Shown in pieces: positions 1-11,928 of a stretch of 64,000 nt of DNA. The notes beneath the pieces were generated by a model, which made no database searches, had not been told where the DNA came from, and saw only the letters and a program-made list of their open reading frames with translations. Numbering within the stretch: the stretch's first letter is position 1; every line of letters starts with the position of its first letter. The translations under genes and the position numbers were made by a program. Location: assembly GCA_964016885.1 (NCBI GenBank), contig OZ024760.1, positions 21,886,001 to 21,950,000 on the forward strand, read 5' to 3'. This DNA is from Eledone cirrhosa (Eukaryota).

Positions 1-57
1 GAACTCAATGTAATCCGGATAAGGAACTGTTTCATTGTTTTATTCATTATTTTTTTA

Positions 58-90
<33 letters not shown>

Positions 91-319
91 GAATAAAGTT
101 AGTCCTTCATCAGTGATCTTCCCACCATCATTGGTATTTCATCGCTTTAAAGTATATATATATATATATCGTGTATGAATATATATCTAGATATATATAT
201 ATATGATTTCAGTTCCTCAGAAGAATAACAACACACCCAGGAGCTGGACATATCGATGTATTGACGGAGTAAAACACACTTCAACAACATGTGTACCTGT
301 CTTTTCCACACCAATTCGG

Positions 320-374
320 ACTGCCTGAAGAGGTCACAGCCAATGATGGCTGTCACCGAAATATATATAGCAGT
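320..374 (+). ncRNA. Type I hammerhead ribozyme motif (Penelope-like)
   Basis: ACTGC-CTGAAGA-GGTCACAGCC(AATGAT)GGCTGTCACC-GAAA-TATATATA-GCAGT gives stem I, an intact core, a long stem II and a palindromic stem III. AATAAA lies ~15 nt downstream. Confidence 0.75.
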
Positions 375-514
375 AATTTTTAATTTATAATAAACGAAGC
401 CAAATTTTACATATTTGACTTAATTATTTTACATTACTCCGGAGCAAACAAAGCAACCTGCGTACTTCGTCGAGTGCTCCAATCTGCATATTGAGAAGTT
501 GGTAAACAACCAAC

Positions 515-753
515 ATTGAGCAAGACACTTTATTTCACATTGCTCCAGTTTACTCAGCTGTAGAAATGAGACGATAAGGACTGCAAAGTGGTCGTGGAGG
601 TGCCACGGCAAAAAAGCACCCAGCACTCACCGTAAATGAGGTTGGTGTTAGGAAGGGCATCCAGCTGTAGAAATCAAGCCAGAATCAGTTCCCGTCCCAC
701 CCTTGCAAGCAGGGAAAAAGCGGATGTGAAATGAAATGATGATGATGATGATG
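515..753 (+). mobile_element. SINE family A, 5'-truncated copy
   Basis: Reverse complement of 3780-4030. Further partial copies at 1340-1460 (+), 2400-2710 (-), 3405-3600 (+), 4255-4360 (-). Confidence 0.85.
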
Positions 754-1164
754 ATATATATATATGTGTGTGTGTGTATAGAGAAAGCTGTTATATACAT
801 ATGTTATTGAAGTGCATGGAAGCCATATTAGAAAATACAATATTCTAATAAATACATTAGCAATGAAGTTGTACGTGCAAAAGAATATCATAAAGAGATT
901 TGTCTTTGATTTTCCACTATAGTTAAGTCTGTTTACTTCTTGATGTAAACACAGATCTAATAGACATGAAAACTCTTAAGGTAGAACAGTGCACGAGTGT
1001 ATATACGAAAGACTACAGTTTTAAGAAATACACTCGTGTGAATGTCCATGTATAAATGCATATATATATATATATATGTAAAAGGTAAATAGAAATAACA
1101 ACACAATCGATACAGTATATGGAAGGTATGTATTAGGTTAACGCTTGATATAGCAGGAAGAGGG

Positions 1165-1200
1165 TCTTAACGTTTCGGATGCTAGTCCTTCATCAGAAGA
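1165..1200 (-). ncRNA. Minimal type I hammerhead motif within a ~210 bp repeat (1078-1295)
   Basis: rc TCTT-CTGATGA-AGGA CTAGCA TCC-GAAACGTT-AAGA. The same element recurs at 43014-43240. Confidence 0.72.
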
Positions 1201-1461
1201 AAGAATGAGAAATAAAATAGATTGAGGGGACAGGCGGGATGGAGTTGGAAAAATTGTCTTTCGATAAAAATAACAGGTCCATTCATGTTGACATCTCTTG
1301 TAAAACTATTGGCGCTGGCGTTTTGTGCATATATATATAAAGCACCCAGCACTCACTGTAAATGAGGTTGGTGTTAGGAAGGGCATCCAGCTGTAGAAAT
1401 CAAGCCAGAATCAGTTCCCGTCCCACCCTTGCAAGCAGGGAAAACTGACGTAAAATGAAAA

Positions 1462-1493
<32 letters not shown>

Positions 1494-1630
1494 AATATAT
1501 ATATATATATATGAAAAAGAACACAAGAGCGTCTACAACATCAAAAGATTTTTATTGGCTAACAATGTTTCTTCCTTACGTGTAACCGTAGGATTCATCA
1601 GAATATAATACCTAACTCCTACTAACCTAA

Positions 1631-1686
<56 letters not shown>

Positions 1687-2884
1687 AATGGCTTCTACAG
1701 GACTAGAACTGTTTCATTCGGAGGAAATTATCAGGAAAGCCCAGAGGCAAATTAAAAAACCGAGTTAAAAACTCACATTAATCCGCTATAATTTAATTAG
1801 CCTAAGGAATAGATTCCAAGCTCTTTATAAATCAACATATAGAGAGACGGATAGATACCTGTTGAATCATGGGGGATTAAAAACCACCAGAGGGACAAAC
1901 ATATTATCTACTATGGGTAGAAACATCTGTCCAGTGAAACACATATCCTCCAATGTGGTTTGCTAATTTGTTGTGAAACTAACTCTATACCAAACTCATC
2001 CTTTCGACTGAATGCTCTACCAACTACAGATCTAACCCCCAATAGGTTTTGTCTCGCGTGTATTTGTTCTCATCGCTCCACATAACGACGTATTATCTTC
2101 GCTTTTTTTCCATTCATTGCCAGGGAACGTCTTCACAAACCAAAGTATCGTCTTTTTGTTTTCCTTCGGTTGCAACGTTTTTCGAAATATTTACTTCTGC
2201 GTTCACAGGTTGATTTTTTTTTAGTTTCAGAAGATCCCATTAAAGGTGAAAGCAGCGATTCTTTGCTTAAACTTTAATCTGTTATTTTAATAAATATTTG
2301 CTCTAGGGTTCTTATATATTTGATATATATTTATCCTTATCGAGCCCTCTTTGGGTTTTAGTCTTCACATTTATTATTACAACTATAGGTATCATTTCAT
2401 TTAATTTTACGTCTGCTTTTCCTTGCTTGATTCTTGCTTGATTTCTACAGCTGGATGCCCTTCCTAACACCAACCTCATTTACAGTGAGTGCTGGGTGCA
2501 TTTTTTCCGCGGCGCCTACACGTCCACTTTACAGTGAGTGCAGGGTGGTTTTTTACTGTGGCACCTCCTCGACCACTTTGCAGTGGAATGATAAGGACCT
2601 CCAGTCCTTATCATCTCATTTCTACAGGTGAGTAAACTGGAGCAATGTGAAATAAAGTGTCTTGCTCAAGGAAACAACACATGACCCGGTCTGAGAATTG
2701 AACCCACAACCTATATATATATATATATATATAAAACAGAGTTTTGTAGCTTGCTTGAAGGATTGTTGAACAGGAAACACAAATTTTAATTTTGAAAGCC
2801 AAACAATGCATTAGGGATCATTAAATTTGCTAAGGTAAGATTATTTTGTTATCTTGGTAATCTAATGTTCTCCCTAACGCATTG

Positions 2885-3260
2885 TTTGGCTTCCAAAATC
2901 TAATTTGTGTTGTGCTGAAGACTTGCATAGATTAGAAAGAAATGAAGCTTGCATGCTCCGGTGGATGTTTAATAGTAATGTGTGCGAACGGCGAAGCATA
3001 AACGAATTGAGAGAGAGTCTAAGCATAAGAGGTATCAAATGTTGTGTTCTGGAAAGGAGATTGCATTGGTATGGACATGTGATGCATATGAAGGACAACA
3101 GCTGTATAAAAAGTGCAGGGCAATGAAAATTGATGGAAGCTACAGAGTGGGTAGACCAAGAAAAACCTGGGATGAGGTGAAAAAAACTGACCTTGCTCAC
3201 GTACACCTCTCTAAGACAATGACACTGGATCGAGATCTTTGGCGCCATGCAGTTGTTTAG
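2885..3260 (+). pseudogene. RTE-clade LINE ORF 3' fragment (frameshifted)
   Basis: LERNEACMLRWM..ERRLHWYGHVMHM, then in another frame GRPRKTWDEV..DRDLWRHAV, typical of an RTE C-terminus. Confidence 0.85.
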
Positions 3261-3596
3261 AAGATTCAACTGCCATTGCATACAAACCTACAGTCAGTAG
3301 GCACTATTTAACCCAATGTACACCCCACCCCACACCATCTTCTGTTCCATCCAATGTGTCGATGACACAACAGTCCACACTGTAAGGTGGTCATATAGGA
3401 AACACGGTGAAAAGGCTCCCAGTTCACACTGTAAATGTGGTTGGTGTTAGGAAGGGCATCCAGTTGTAAAAAAAACCTGCCAGAGACACTTCCGTACGAG
3501 CGAAACACGGTCTCCCGACCATTCCCAAATCAAATGGAACAAAGCCATCTTACCATGCTAGTGTGGAAGATGGACGTTAAACAATGGTGATGATGA

Positions 3597-3676
<80 letters not shown>

Positions 3677-3774
3677 ATGTAAGCATCAATATTGAAAACC
3701 AAAGGAGAGCAGGACAACAAGAGAAAAATAACAAGCCAGATCAACTGAGATAATAAATGGACTATGTCATGTTA

Positions 3775-4120
3775 ATATCATCATTCATCATTTCATTTTA
3801 CGTCCGCTTTTCCCTGCTTGCAAGGGTGGGCTGGGAACTGATTCTGGCTTAATTTCTACAGCTGGATGCCCTTCCTAACACCAACCTCATTTACAGTGTG
3901 GGCTGGGTGCTTTTTTGCCGTGGCACCTCCACGACCACTCTGCAGTGGAATGATATGGACCCTAGTCCCTATCATCTCATTTCTACAGCTGAGTAAACTG
4001 GAGCAATGTGAAATAAAGTGTCTTGCTCATGGAAACAACACATCACCCGGTCTGAGAATTGAACTCACAACCTTTCGATTGCAAGGCCAATGCTCTAACC
4101 ACTGAGCCATGTGCCTCCAT
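3775..4120 (-). mobile_element. Full-length tRNA-derived SINE family A (tRNA head, CORE-like block, Ceph-like block, RTE-type (TGA)n tail)
   Basis: rc head TGGCTCAGTGGTTAGAGC..GAGTTCAATTC (A/B boxes), then GAGCAAGACACTTTATTTCAC, GGTTGGTGTTAGGAAGGGCATCCAG and tail GGACGTAAAATGA. Domain names are from recalled consensus, not a search. Confidence 0.85.
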
Positions 4121-4459
4121 ATATATATATATAAACTATTTTTAATAACCGACAGGAATAACTGCTTTGATATTCGGCTGAGAATCATCTTGTGAACTGT
4201 TGTATGGCCTTATCAGGACTCAAGCAGAGGATATAGAAGGAAAGACAAAGGCTGATACAGCTTGGCACCAGTCATGTCGCAATTTCTGCTGCTGAGTGAA
4301 CTACTGCAATGGGAAGTAAAGTGTCTTGCTCAAGGACATTGACTATTGCCTAATCTGAGAATTTATATTAAAAGGTCAGTTGTCACTTTTAATTGATTGA
4401 ATGAATATTTTATTACAATATTATTTTGACCATATGGAGTGTTATATGTTGTGTATGTG

Positions 4460-4509
4460 CATATATATATATGTGTGTGTGTTTGTGTATATATATATAT
4501 ATGTGTGTT

Positions 4510-4556
<47 letters not shown>

Positions 4557-4557
4557 T

Positions 4558-4610
<53 letters not shown>

Positions 4611-4611
4611 T

Positions 4612-4648
<37 letters not shown>

Positions 4649-4649
4649 T

Positions 4650-4704
<55 letters not shown>

Positions 4705-4705
4705 T

Positions 4706-4760
<55 letters not shown>

Positions 4761-4921
4761 TTGTATACATGAATATATATAGACACACACTCATATCACA
4801 CACACATACACATGCAGATATATATATATAATATATATAATAATATATATAATAATATATATAATATATATATATAATAATATATATAATATATATATAT
4901 ATATATAATATATATATATAT

Positions 4922-4952
<31 letters not shown>

Positions 4953-5172
4953 ATATATATATATATAATATATATAAATATATAATATATATATATATAA
5001 TATATATATATAATATATATATATAATATATAATATATATATATATTTACATCTATCTATCTCTCTATATATGTGTATGCATATATATATGCATATATAT
5101 ATACATACGTATATATATATATATTTATGCACATATATACATACGTATATATATATATATGCACATATATAT

Positions 5173-5237
<65 letters not shown>

Positions 5238-5775
5238 CATATATACGGCACCAATATCCACAGACACATGTCTACAGAGATAATAACGATGCGTGGGTGT
5301 GTTGAGATGTGTGTGTTGAGATGTGTGTTGAGATGTGTGTTGAGATGTGTGTGTTGAGATGTGTGTGTTGAGATGTGTGTGTTGAGATGTGTGTGTTGAG
5401 ATGTGTGTGTTGAGATGTGTATGTGAGTGTGTATTGAGATGTGTGTGTTGAGATGTGTGTGTTGAGATGTGTGTGTTGAGATGAGTGTGTTGAGATGTGT
5501 GTGTTGAGATGTGTGTGTGTTGAGATGTGTGTGTTGAGATGTGTGTGTGTTGAGATGTGTGTGTTGAGATGTGTATGTGAGTGTGTATTGAGATGTGTGT
5601 GTTGAGATGTGTGTGTTGAGATGTGTGTGTTGAGATGTGTGTGTTGAGATGTGTATGTGAGTGTGTATTGAGATGTGTGTATTGAGATGTGTGTGTTGAG
5701 ATGTGTGTATTGAGATGTGTGTGTTGAGATGTGTGTATTGAGATGTGTGTGTTGAGATGTGTGTGTGAGTGTGTG
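4460..5775. repeat. Compound (TA)n/(CA)n microsatellites and a 14-bp GATGTGTGTGTTGA minisatellite (5295-5775)
   Basis: Direct inspection. Confidence 0.95.
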
Positions 5776-5809
5776 ATAATTTGATTGGACCAAATTGATG
5801 TTAGGAATA

Positions 5810-7695
5810 GCAACAACAACAACAACATCAACAGCAGCAGCCGCAACAACAACAACTACAGCAACAGCAGCAGCCGCAACAACAACAACTACAGCAGCAG
5901 CCGCAACAACAACAACAACAACTGCAACAACATTATAAAGAACTGCACCAAAATGAAATAACAGCAGCCAAAGCAACAACAACACCAACAGCTGAATCAA
6001 CAGAGACAATATCAACACCATTTTACTGGTGGCTCTCAGTATCATCACCATCATCATCACCACCACCATCATCACCACCAATATTATCATCAACCTCATC
6101 ACCATCATCATCATCACCATCATCATCACCATCACCACCAATATTATCATCAACCTCATCACCATCATCATCACCATCATCATCACCATCACCACCAATA
6201 TTATCATCAACCTCATCATCGCCATCATCATCACCATCATCATCACCATCACCATCAATATTATCCTCAACCTCATCATCATCATCATCATCAACCTCAT
6301 CATCATCATCATCATCACCACCAATATCATCATCATCATCACCAATATTATCATCATCATCATCACCAGCATTGCTATCATCACCATCAACATCCTCATC
6401 ATTTTTATCATCATCATCATCAACACCACCATCACTACCACCACCACCATCACTACCATCATCATCATCACTGCCACTATCAATAACACCATTATCATCA
6501 TTGTAACAATCACCATCACCCCCACCCCCCAATATCATCACTATCATCATCATCACCAACAGCATAAGCATTTACTTTTTACATTATCATTTCACTACTA
6601 TTATTATCATCACTGTCATCACCTTCACCACCACCACCACCCATAGCACAACCACCACCATCACCACCACCACTATCATCAACATCACCCCTACTACCAC
6701 CACCACTATCATCACCACCACCACCACTACCACTATCATCACCACCACCACTACCACTATCACCATCATCAACACCACCACTATCACCACCACCACCACC
6801 ACTCATCAACACCACCACTACCACCACCACCACTCATCAACACCACCACCACTATCATCAACACCAACACCACAACCACCACCACCACAACCACCATCAA
6901 CACCACCACTACCACCACCACCACTATCATCAACACCAACACCACTATCATCAACACCAACACCACAACCACCACCACCACCACCACTATTATCACCACC
7001 ACCACCACCACCACTATCATCACCACCACCACCACCACCACTATCATCACCACCACCACCACCACCACCACCACCACCACCACCACCACCACCATCAGTA
7101 CAACACAGCAGCAGCAACAGCAAGAAAAATGAAATTGCTTGTCTAATATTGTCGTTAAAAAAAGAGTTATATACAAATAACAGCGAGGATGATAAAGGTG
7201 ATGGTGGTGATGGTGATGGTGGTGGTGGTGGGGTGGGGGGGTGATGGTGGTGGTGATGGTGATGGTGGTGGTGGTGGGGTGGGGGGGTGATGGTGGTGGT
7301 GATGGTGATGATGGTGATGGTGGGAGGGGGGGTGATGTTGTGGTGGTGATGATGGTGGTGGTGGTGATGGTGGTGGTGGTGATGGTGGTGATGATGGTGG
7401 TGATGGTGGTGATGGTGGTGATGGTGGTGGTGATGGTGGTGGTGCTGATGATGGTGGTGGTGATAGTGGTGGTGGTGATGTGGTGGTGGTGATGGGGGTG
7501 GTGGTGATGGGGGCGGTGGTGGTGGTGGTGGTGATGGGGGTGGTGGTGGTGGTGGTGATGGTGATGGGGGTGGTGGTGGTGATGATGGTGGTGATGGTGA
7601 TGGGGGAGGTGGTGGTGGTGGTGGTGATGTGGTGATGGTGGTGGTGATGTTGTGGTGGTGGTGGGGGTGGTGGGGATGGGGGAGGCGGTGATGGT
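5810..7695. repeat. Trinucleotide low-complexity block (CAA/CAG, CAT/CAC, then GGT/GAT)
   Basis: Direct inspection. It accounts for the spurious poly-amino-acid ORFs here. Confidence 0.95.
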
Positions 7696-7903
7696 ATTTT
7701 CAATGGCAGTTATTCTAGAAATTGATGGGGAAAAAATTTTCCTTTTAGAAAGTAGTTTCTTCAATTGATTCTTCTATACATATACATACATGCACCTACC
7801 AATATGTATGTATATATATATACACACGTGTGTGTGTGTGTGAGTGTGAGTGTGAGTGTGTGTGTGTATGTGATATAGCAATACTATATATGTATATATA
7901 TAC

Positions 7904-7958
<55 letters not shown>

Positions 7959-8050
7959 GACAATAATTGCATGACAAATGATATTAGAAATAAAAAAAAG
8001 TCAGCATAGAGAGGGTGGGGAGGAGTAATAGTAGAGAAAGAGTGGGTGAA

Positions 8051-8088
<38 letters not shown>

Positions 8089-8494
8089 GAGAGAGGAAGT
8101 ACTGTCATAGATAGATAGATTGATAGATAGATAAATAGATAGATAGATAGATAGATTGATAGATGATAGATAAATAGTTAGATAAATAGATAGATAGATA
8201 GATAGATTGATAGATTGATAGATGATAGATAGATAGATAGATGATAGATAGATAGATAGATAAATTTCTATTTATTTGCCACGAGGGCACAAAAGAAAGG
8301 GACATTTACACAGTGGGGGAGTTTACATAAATCGAGTAAAGAAAAAAGGAATAACAATAATAATATAACAATAAAAAGTCCTCAAAAGGGAGGGGGCGTG
8401 TTGGGGATTGCACATACCCCCGAAAAGTGTGCAACTCTTTTCGCTGGGGAAGCCCAGAGAGGAGGCGCTCCCCCTTTCCTCTTCACTTCTTCAC

Positions 8495-11400
8495 CTACAG
8501 AACAATGTAGAGAGAAGGCCCATTTACACGGGCCATTCTCGCTTCTTTCACCCACCTTTCATAAAACTGTCTGGGACCAAGCACTTCTCTCTCCATCCTG
8601 ATTCTTCTTCCGAAGTGGTATCGGAAGAAGTAAACCAGGTGATGGCCGGAGAGAAAGTCACCCGACCTCAGACCTTTCAGGCGCGTCCACCACACAACCT
8701 CTTTCATCATGGCTATTACGCACAGAAAGACCGCCTCTGCTTCATTTCTGAAGGGAGGAGGCGGCTTGATGTTCACCACAGACTCGGCGGTTAATCGAAT
8801 CGGCGCCACACGCGACAGCAGTCGTTCGACGTAGCCCCACAGATCGGCAACGCCCGGGCAGTGTACCAGTGCATGCGCAACGGTTTCCTCGTCGCGCACG
8901 CATCTGGGACAGATCTTTTTCGCGGGATCCCTGCCCGGGCGCCCGTGTCTGTAGAGCTTTTCTCGAACGGGCAGAGCCCCCCGGTAACACTGCCAGGCTA
9001 GGGACCTCTGGAAGTTGTCCATGGGTCCCGGGCCGAAAGTTCTACCGAACAGGCTGGCCAGTTCGTCCTCCTCCATGCCTAGCGACTCTCCAAGGGTGTC
9101 GTCGCCCCTGCTAGCCACCAACCCTCTATAGAATGTCGAGGTGGATTCTCCACTGACAGTCGGGTCCGCTTGCCAGATAGCCGTGAGCGCCTGGGCACAC
9201 TCAGTGTGCCAGTTGCCCAGTTTTCTCGGTCTTTGCTTCACCCAGGATTGCAGTTCGGTGAGCGAGACGAGCTGTGGGAAGGCTCGCCTCACAAACGGGG
9301 CCCACACCGGCTGACCGTTGAGGAATACCTGTAGATGCCGTAGCCTCAATGCGTGCCTACGCATCAACAGCCACGGCATACCCAGCCCTCCTTTCGAAGG
9401 GTGCTGGCAGCAGATGGATCTCCTCACCATGGGAGGCCGCTTCTTCCAGAGGAACTGGAAGAGCATGCGTTCCATGATGGTGAGCTTTTCCTTGGGGCAA
9501 GGCACGACGGTCAGGCGGTAGTAGATGACGGACGCTATGTAAGCGTTCGTCACCTCCGCCCGACCTTTCAGTGATAGTTTGCACTTGGCCCACTTCTGGG
9601 TCAGCGCAAACACCCTGCTCGTCACCTCGCCCCAATTCTTCTCCACCTGGAGGTCCGGTCCGAACCAGACCCCGAGCAGCTTCACCGGGCCCTCCGTCCA
9701 CCGCCCGACGACACCGTCTAACGGCATCGGTTTGCCCCTCCACGTTCCGAGTTGCAAACCGACTGACTTGTCCTGGTTCAGCTTAGCCCCCGTCAGCCTT
9801 TCGTATTCCTCCAGTAGGGTGGCGATCGCCCCGATTTCCGAGGCGTCCGCCACCATTACTGTTACGTCGTCGGCATAGGCCGAGACCGCTTTGTGCAATC
9901 CCGGTTCCAGGGGTATGCCCCGCAGCAACTCCAACTTCCGCAGCAGTGGCTCGAGAGTCAATACGTACAGAAGGGAGGAGAGGGGGCACCCCTGTCTGAT
10001 GGATCGGGTGATTTGAAACGGCTCCGAGAGGTAGCCGTTTACTTTAATCCTAGAGTAGATGTTGCCACTGTGCATGGCAGAAATCCAGCCCCTGAAAACG
10101 GGTCCGAAGCCCGCCGCCGCTAGCACCGCATCCAGGTAACCATGGTCGACCCTATCGAACGCCTTAGATTGATCCAAGTTGATCAGGGCCCCACCAAAGC
10201 CGGGTTCGTAGCCAACCCTCTCTATGATGTATCGCATGAGGTGGAGGTTGTCGTGAATGGACCTGGACGGGATAGCGCATGTCTGCGCGTCTCCCACCAA
10301 ACCACCCACCACAAGCGCCAACCTCTTCGCCAACACCTTGGCCAAAATCTGTAACTCTGCATTCAGCAGAGTTATGGGCCTAAAGTTACTTAAGTCGTCC
10401 CCCTTGCTCTCGTCCTTCCTCACTAGCGTGACCACGCCCTTGGTCACAGAACAGGGAATTCTCCCGTTCTGTTGCCAGTTGCAATAGACAGCCTCGAGGA
10501 TTTCGGAGAACAAGACCGGCATAGCTAAATAAAGTTCGTATGGTAGACCATCGAGACCCGGGGATTTGCGTCTGCTGCATTGGCTGAGCGCTTCCCCGAT
10601 TTCAGTGGCTGTGATTGGCCCTTCGCAGCACTCCGCTTCGCCGCTCGAAAGACGCGGTAGACCGTCGAGGTATGGACCGAAGTCCACATCCCCGTCCGGC
10701 CCCCCGCCACCTCCGAACAGTCGAGCAAAGTGCCTTTGAAAGGTCTCGCACATTCGCTCAGGTTCAAGGATCACCCGTCCATCCTGGTCTCGCAAAGACC
10801 GAATGGTGGATTTAATCCCACTCTTGGCTTCTGTCACGCGGGCCCAGCTAACAGCTTTGGTCCCCTCGTTTCCTAAAGCACGTATTTTACTTCGGACAAC
10901 GCAGCCTTCGTGCTTCGCGTCAAAGAACTGGCTCAATGCCGTTCTCGTCGCTAACACTCTGGCTACGTCTCCGCTCCTAATCGCCTCTTCTAGTTTATCT
11001 GTTAACTCCCTTTCCCTCCTATTTCTATTCGCCGCTAGTTCCTTACTGTAACCTATCGAACTTACTCTAATCTCTCTCTTTAGAGATATCCACCACCTAC
11101 TGTTGACGATCGCTCCCGTCAACCGCATCTTAACTAAGCTACTAATCCGGTTTCTGTAATCTTTCTTTGTCGGTAAGGACAAGTTCATCTTCCAGTAACC
11201 GGGACCCTGTCTATGCGTTCTATCAAGGTTGACCACGCAGGTCACTAATTTGTGATCTGAATAGCCAACCATGATCAGTTCTGGACAACTAAATACGTCC
11301 CTATCCTTACTCCTAACCAAAAACCTATCTAGGTACGATCTAGATTGTCCACTGCGGTTTGCCCAGGTCCAGGTTGGCGCAGTTGGACAATCTAGTCGAA

Positions 11401-11923
11401 ATCTATCGACCAGGTCGAATCGATCGAGTAACCCCTTGAGGCTGCTACACCCCCCTCTATCGGGACATGCCCCTGCATAGTCCCAACGCGCATCTAGGAT
11501 TCCATTCCAGTCCCCCACTAAAAGCAGGGAACGCGACGTTCCTAGAAAAGTCTCCAGACGTTGGAAGAAGTCGGCTCTCTCCGCCCCGAAGGGAGCATAA
11601 AGACCGACCAGTCTGAAAGCCCCGCCTTCACCACCCCCGACGTCCAGCACCAGTAATCGACCCCCCGGGTCCGAGTGAACAATCTGTACGTCGAGAGTTA
11701 GACGTTTATCCAGCAGTACGGCAACTCCCCCCCCGCCTCCGGGTTGACAGAGAGATGCGTGCATCTCAAAGTCATCGAAGGCGGGCGCCAGCTGTCTCAC
11801 GCTGCTGATCCGACTCTCGCAAACAACCATCACATCTATACTTTGTGACCTGAGGTCACTTAGAAGCTTTGCTTGCTTCCAAGCTGAGCTCAGGCCACGC
11901 GCGTTCAAACAGCCAACTCTCAA
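8495..11923 (-). CDS. ORF2 polyprotein: AP-like endonuclease, reverse transcriptase and C-terminal CCHC zinc finger
   Basis: 1142 uninterrupted codons. APE motifs LNARGL, GDWN, SYLDRF, SDH. RT motifs FRPITLLN, LDQSKAFDRVDH, IRQGCPLS, YADD. C-terminal CPRC..ETVAHALVHC. The track start is TTG, not ATG. Confidence 0.95.
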   Translation of the reverse strand: MRVGCLNARGLSSAWKQAKLLSDLRSQSIDVMVVCESRISSVRQLAPAFDDFEMHASLCQPGGGGGVAVLLDKRLTLDVQIVHSDPGGRLLVLDVGGGEGGAFRLVGLYAPFGAERADFFQRLETFLGTSRSLLLVGDWNGILDARWDYAGACPDRGGCSSLKGLLDRFDLVDRFRLDCPTAPTWTWANRSGQSRSYLDRFLVRSKDRDVFSCPELIMVGYSDHKLVTCVVNLDRTHRQGPGYWKMNLSLPTKKDYRNRISSLVKMRLTGAIVNSRWWISLKREIRVSSIGYSKELAANRNRRERELTDKLEEAIRSGDVARVLATRTALSQFFDAKHEGCVVRSKIRALGNEGTKAVSWARVTEAKSGIKSTIRSLRDQDGRVILEPERMCETFQRHFARLFGGGGGPDGDVDFGPYLDGLPRLSSGEAECCEGPITATEIGEALSQCSRRKSPGLDGLPYELYLAMPVLFSEILEAVYCNWQQNGRIPCSVTKGVVTLVRKDESKGDDLSNFRPITLLNAELQILAKVLAKRLALVVGGLVGDAQTCAIPSRSIHDNLHLMRYIIERVGYEPGFGGALINLDQSKAFDRVDHGYLDAVLAAAGFGPVFRGWISAMHSGNIYSRIKVNGYLSEPFQITRSIRQGCPLSSLLYVLTLEPLLRKLELLRGIPLEPGLHKAVSAYADDVTVMVADASEIGAIATLLEEYERLTGAKLNQDKSVGLQLGTWRGKPMPLDGVVGRWTEGPVKLLGVWFGPDLQVEKNWGEVTSRVFALTQKWAKCKLSLKGRAEVTNAYIASVIYYRLTVVPCPKEKLTIMERMLFQFLWKKRPPMVRRSICCQHPSKGGLGMPWLLMRRHALRLRHLQVFLNGQPVWAPFVRRAFPQLVSLTELQSWVKQRPRKLGNWHTECAQALTAIWQADPTVSGESTSTFYRGLVASRGDDTLGESLGMEEDELASLFGRTFGPGPMDNFQRSLAWQCYRGALPVREKLYRHGRPGRDPAKKICPRCVRDEETVAHALVHCPGVADLWGYVERLLSRVAPIRLTAESVVNIKPPPPFRNEAEAVFLCVIAMMKEVVWWTRLKGLRSGDFLSGHHLVYFFRYHFGRRIRMEREVLGPRQFYERWVKEARMARVNGPSLYIVL

Positions 11924-11928
11924 TTGAT

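Noticed and set aside
4050-4118. tRNA gene
   Set aside because: The A/B boxes run straight into the SINE body with no acceptor-stem 3' strand, so this is a SINE head.
4363-7764. Long ORFs of poly-YI, HT, V/M, G/D (and similar ones throughout the window)
   Set aside because: Translations of di- and trinucleotide microsatellites, open in many frames at once.
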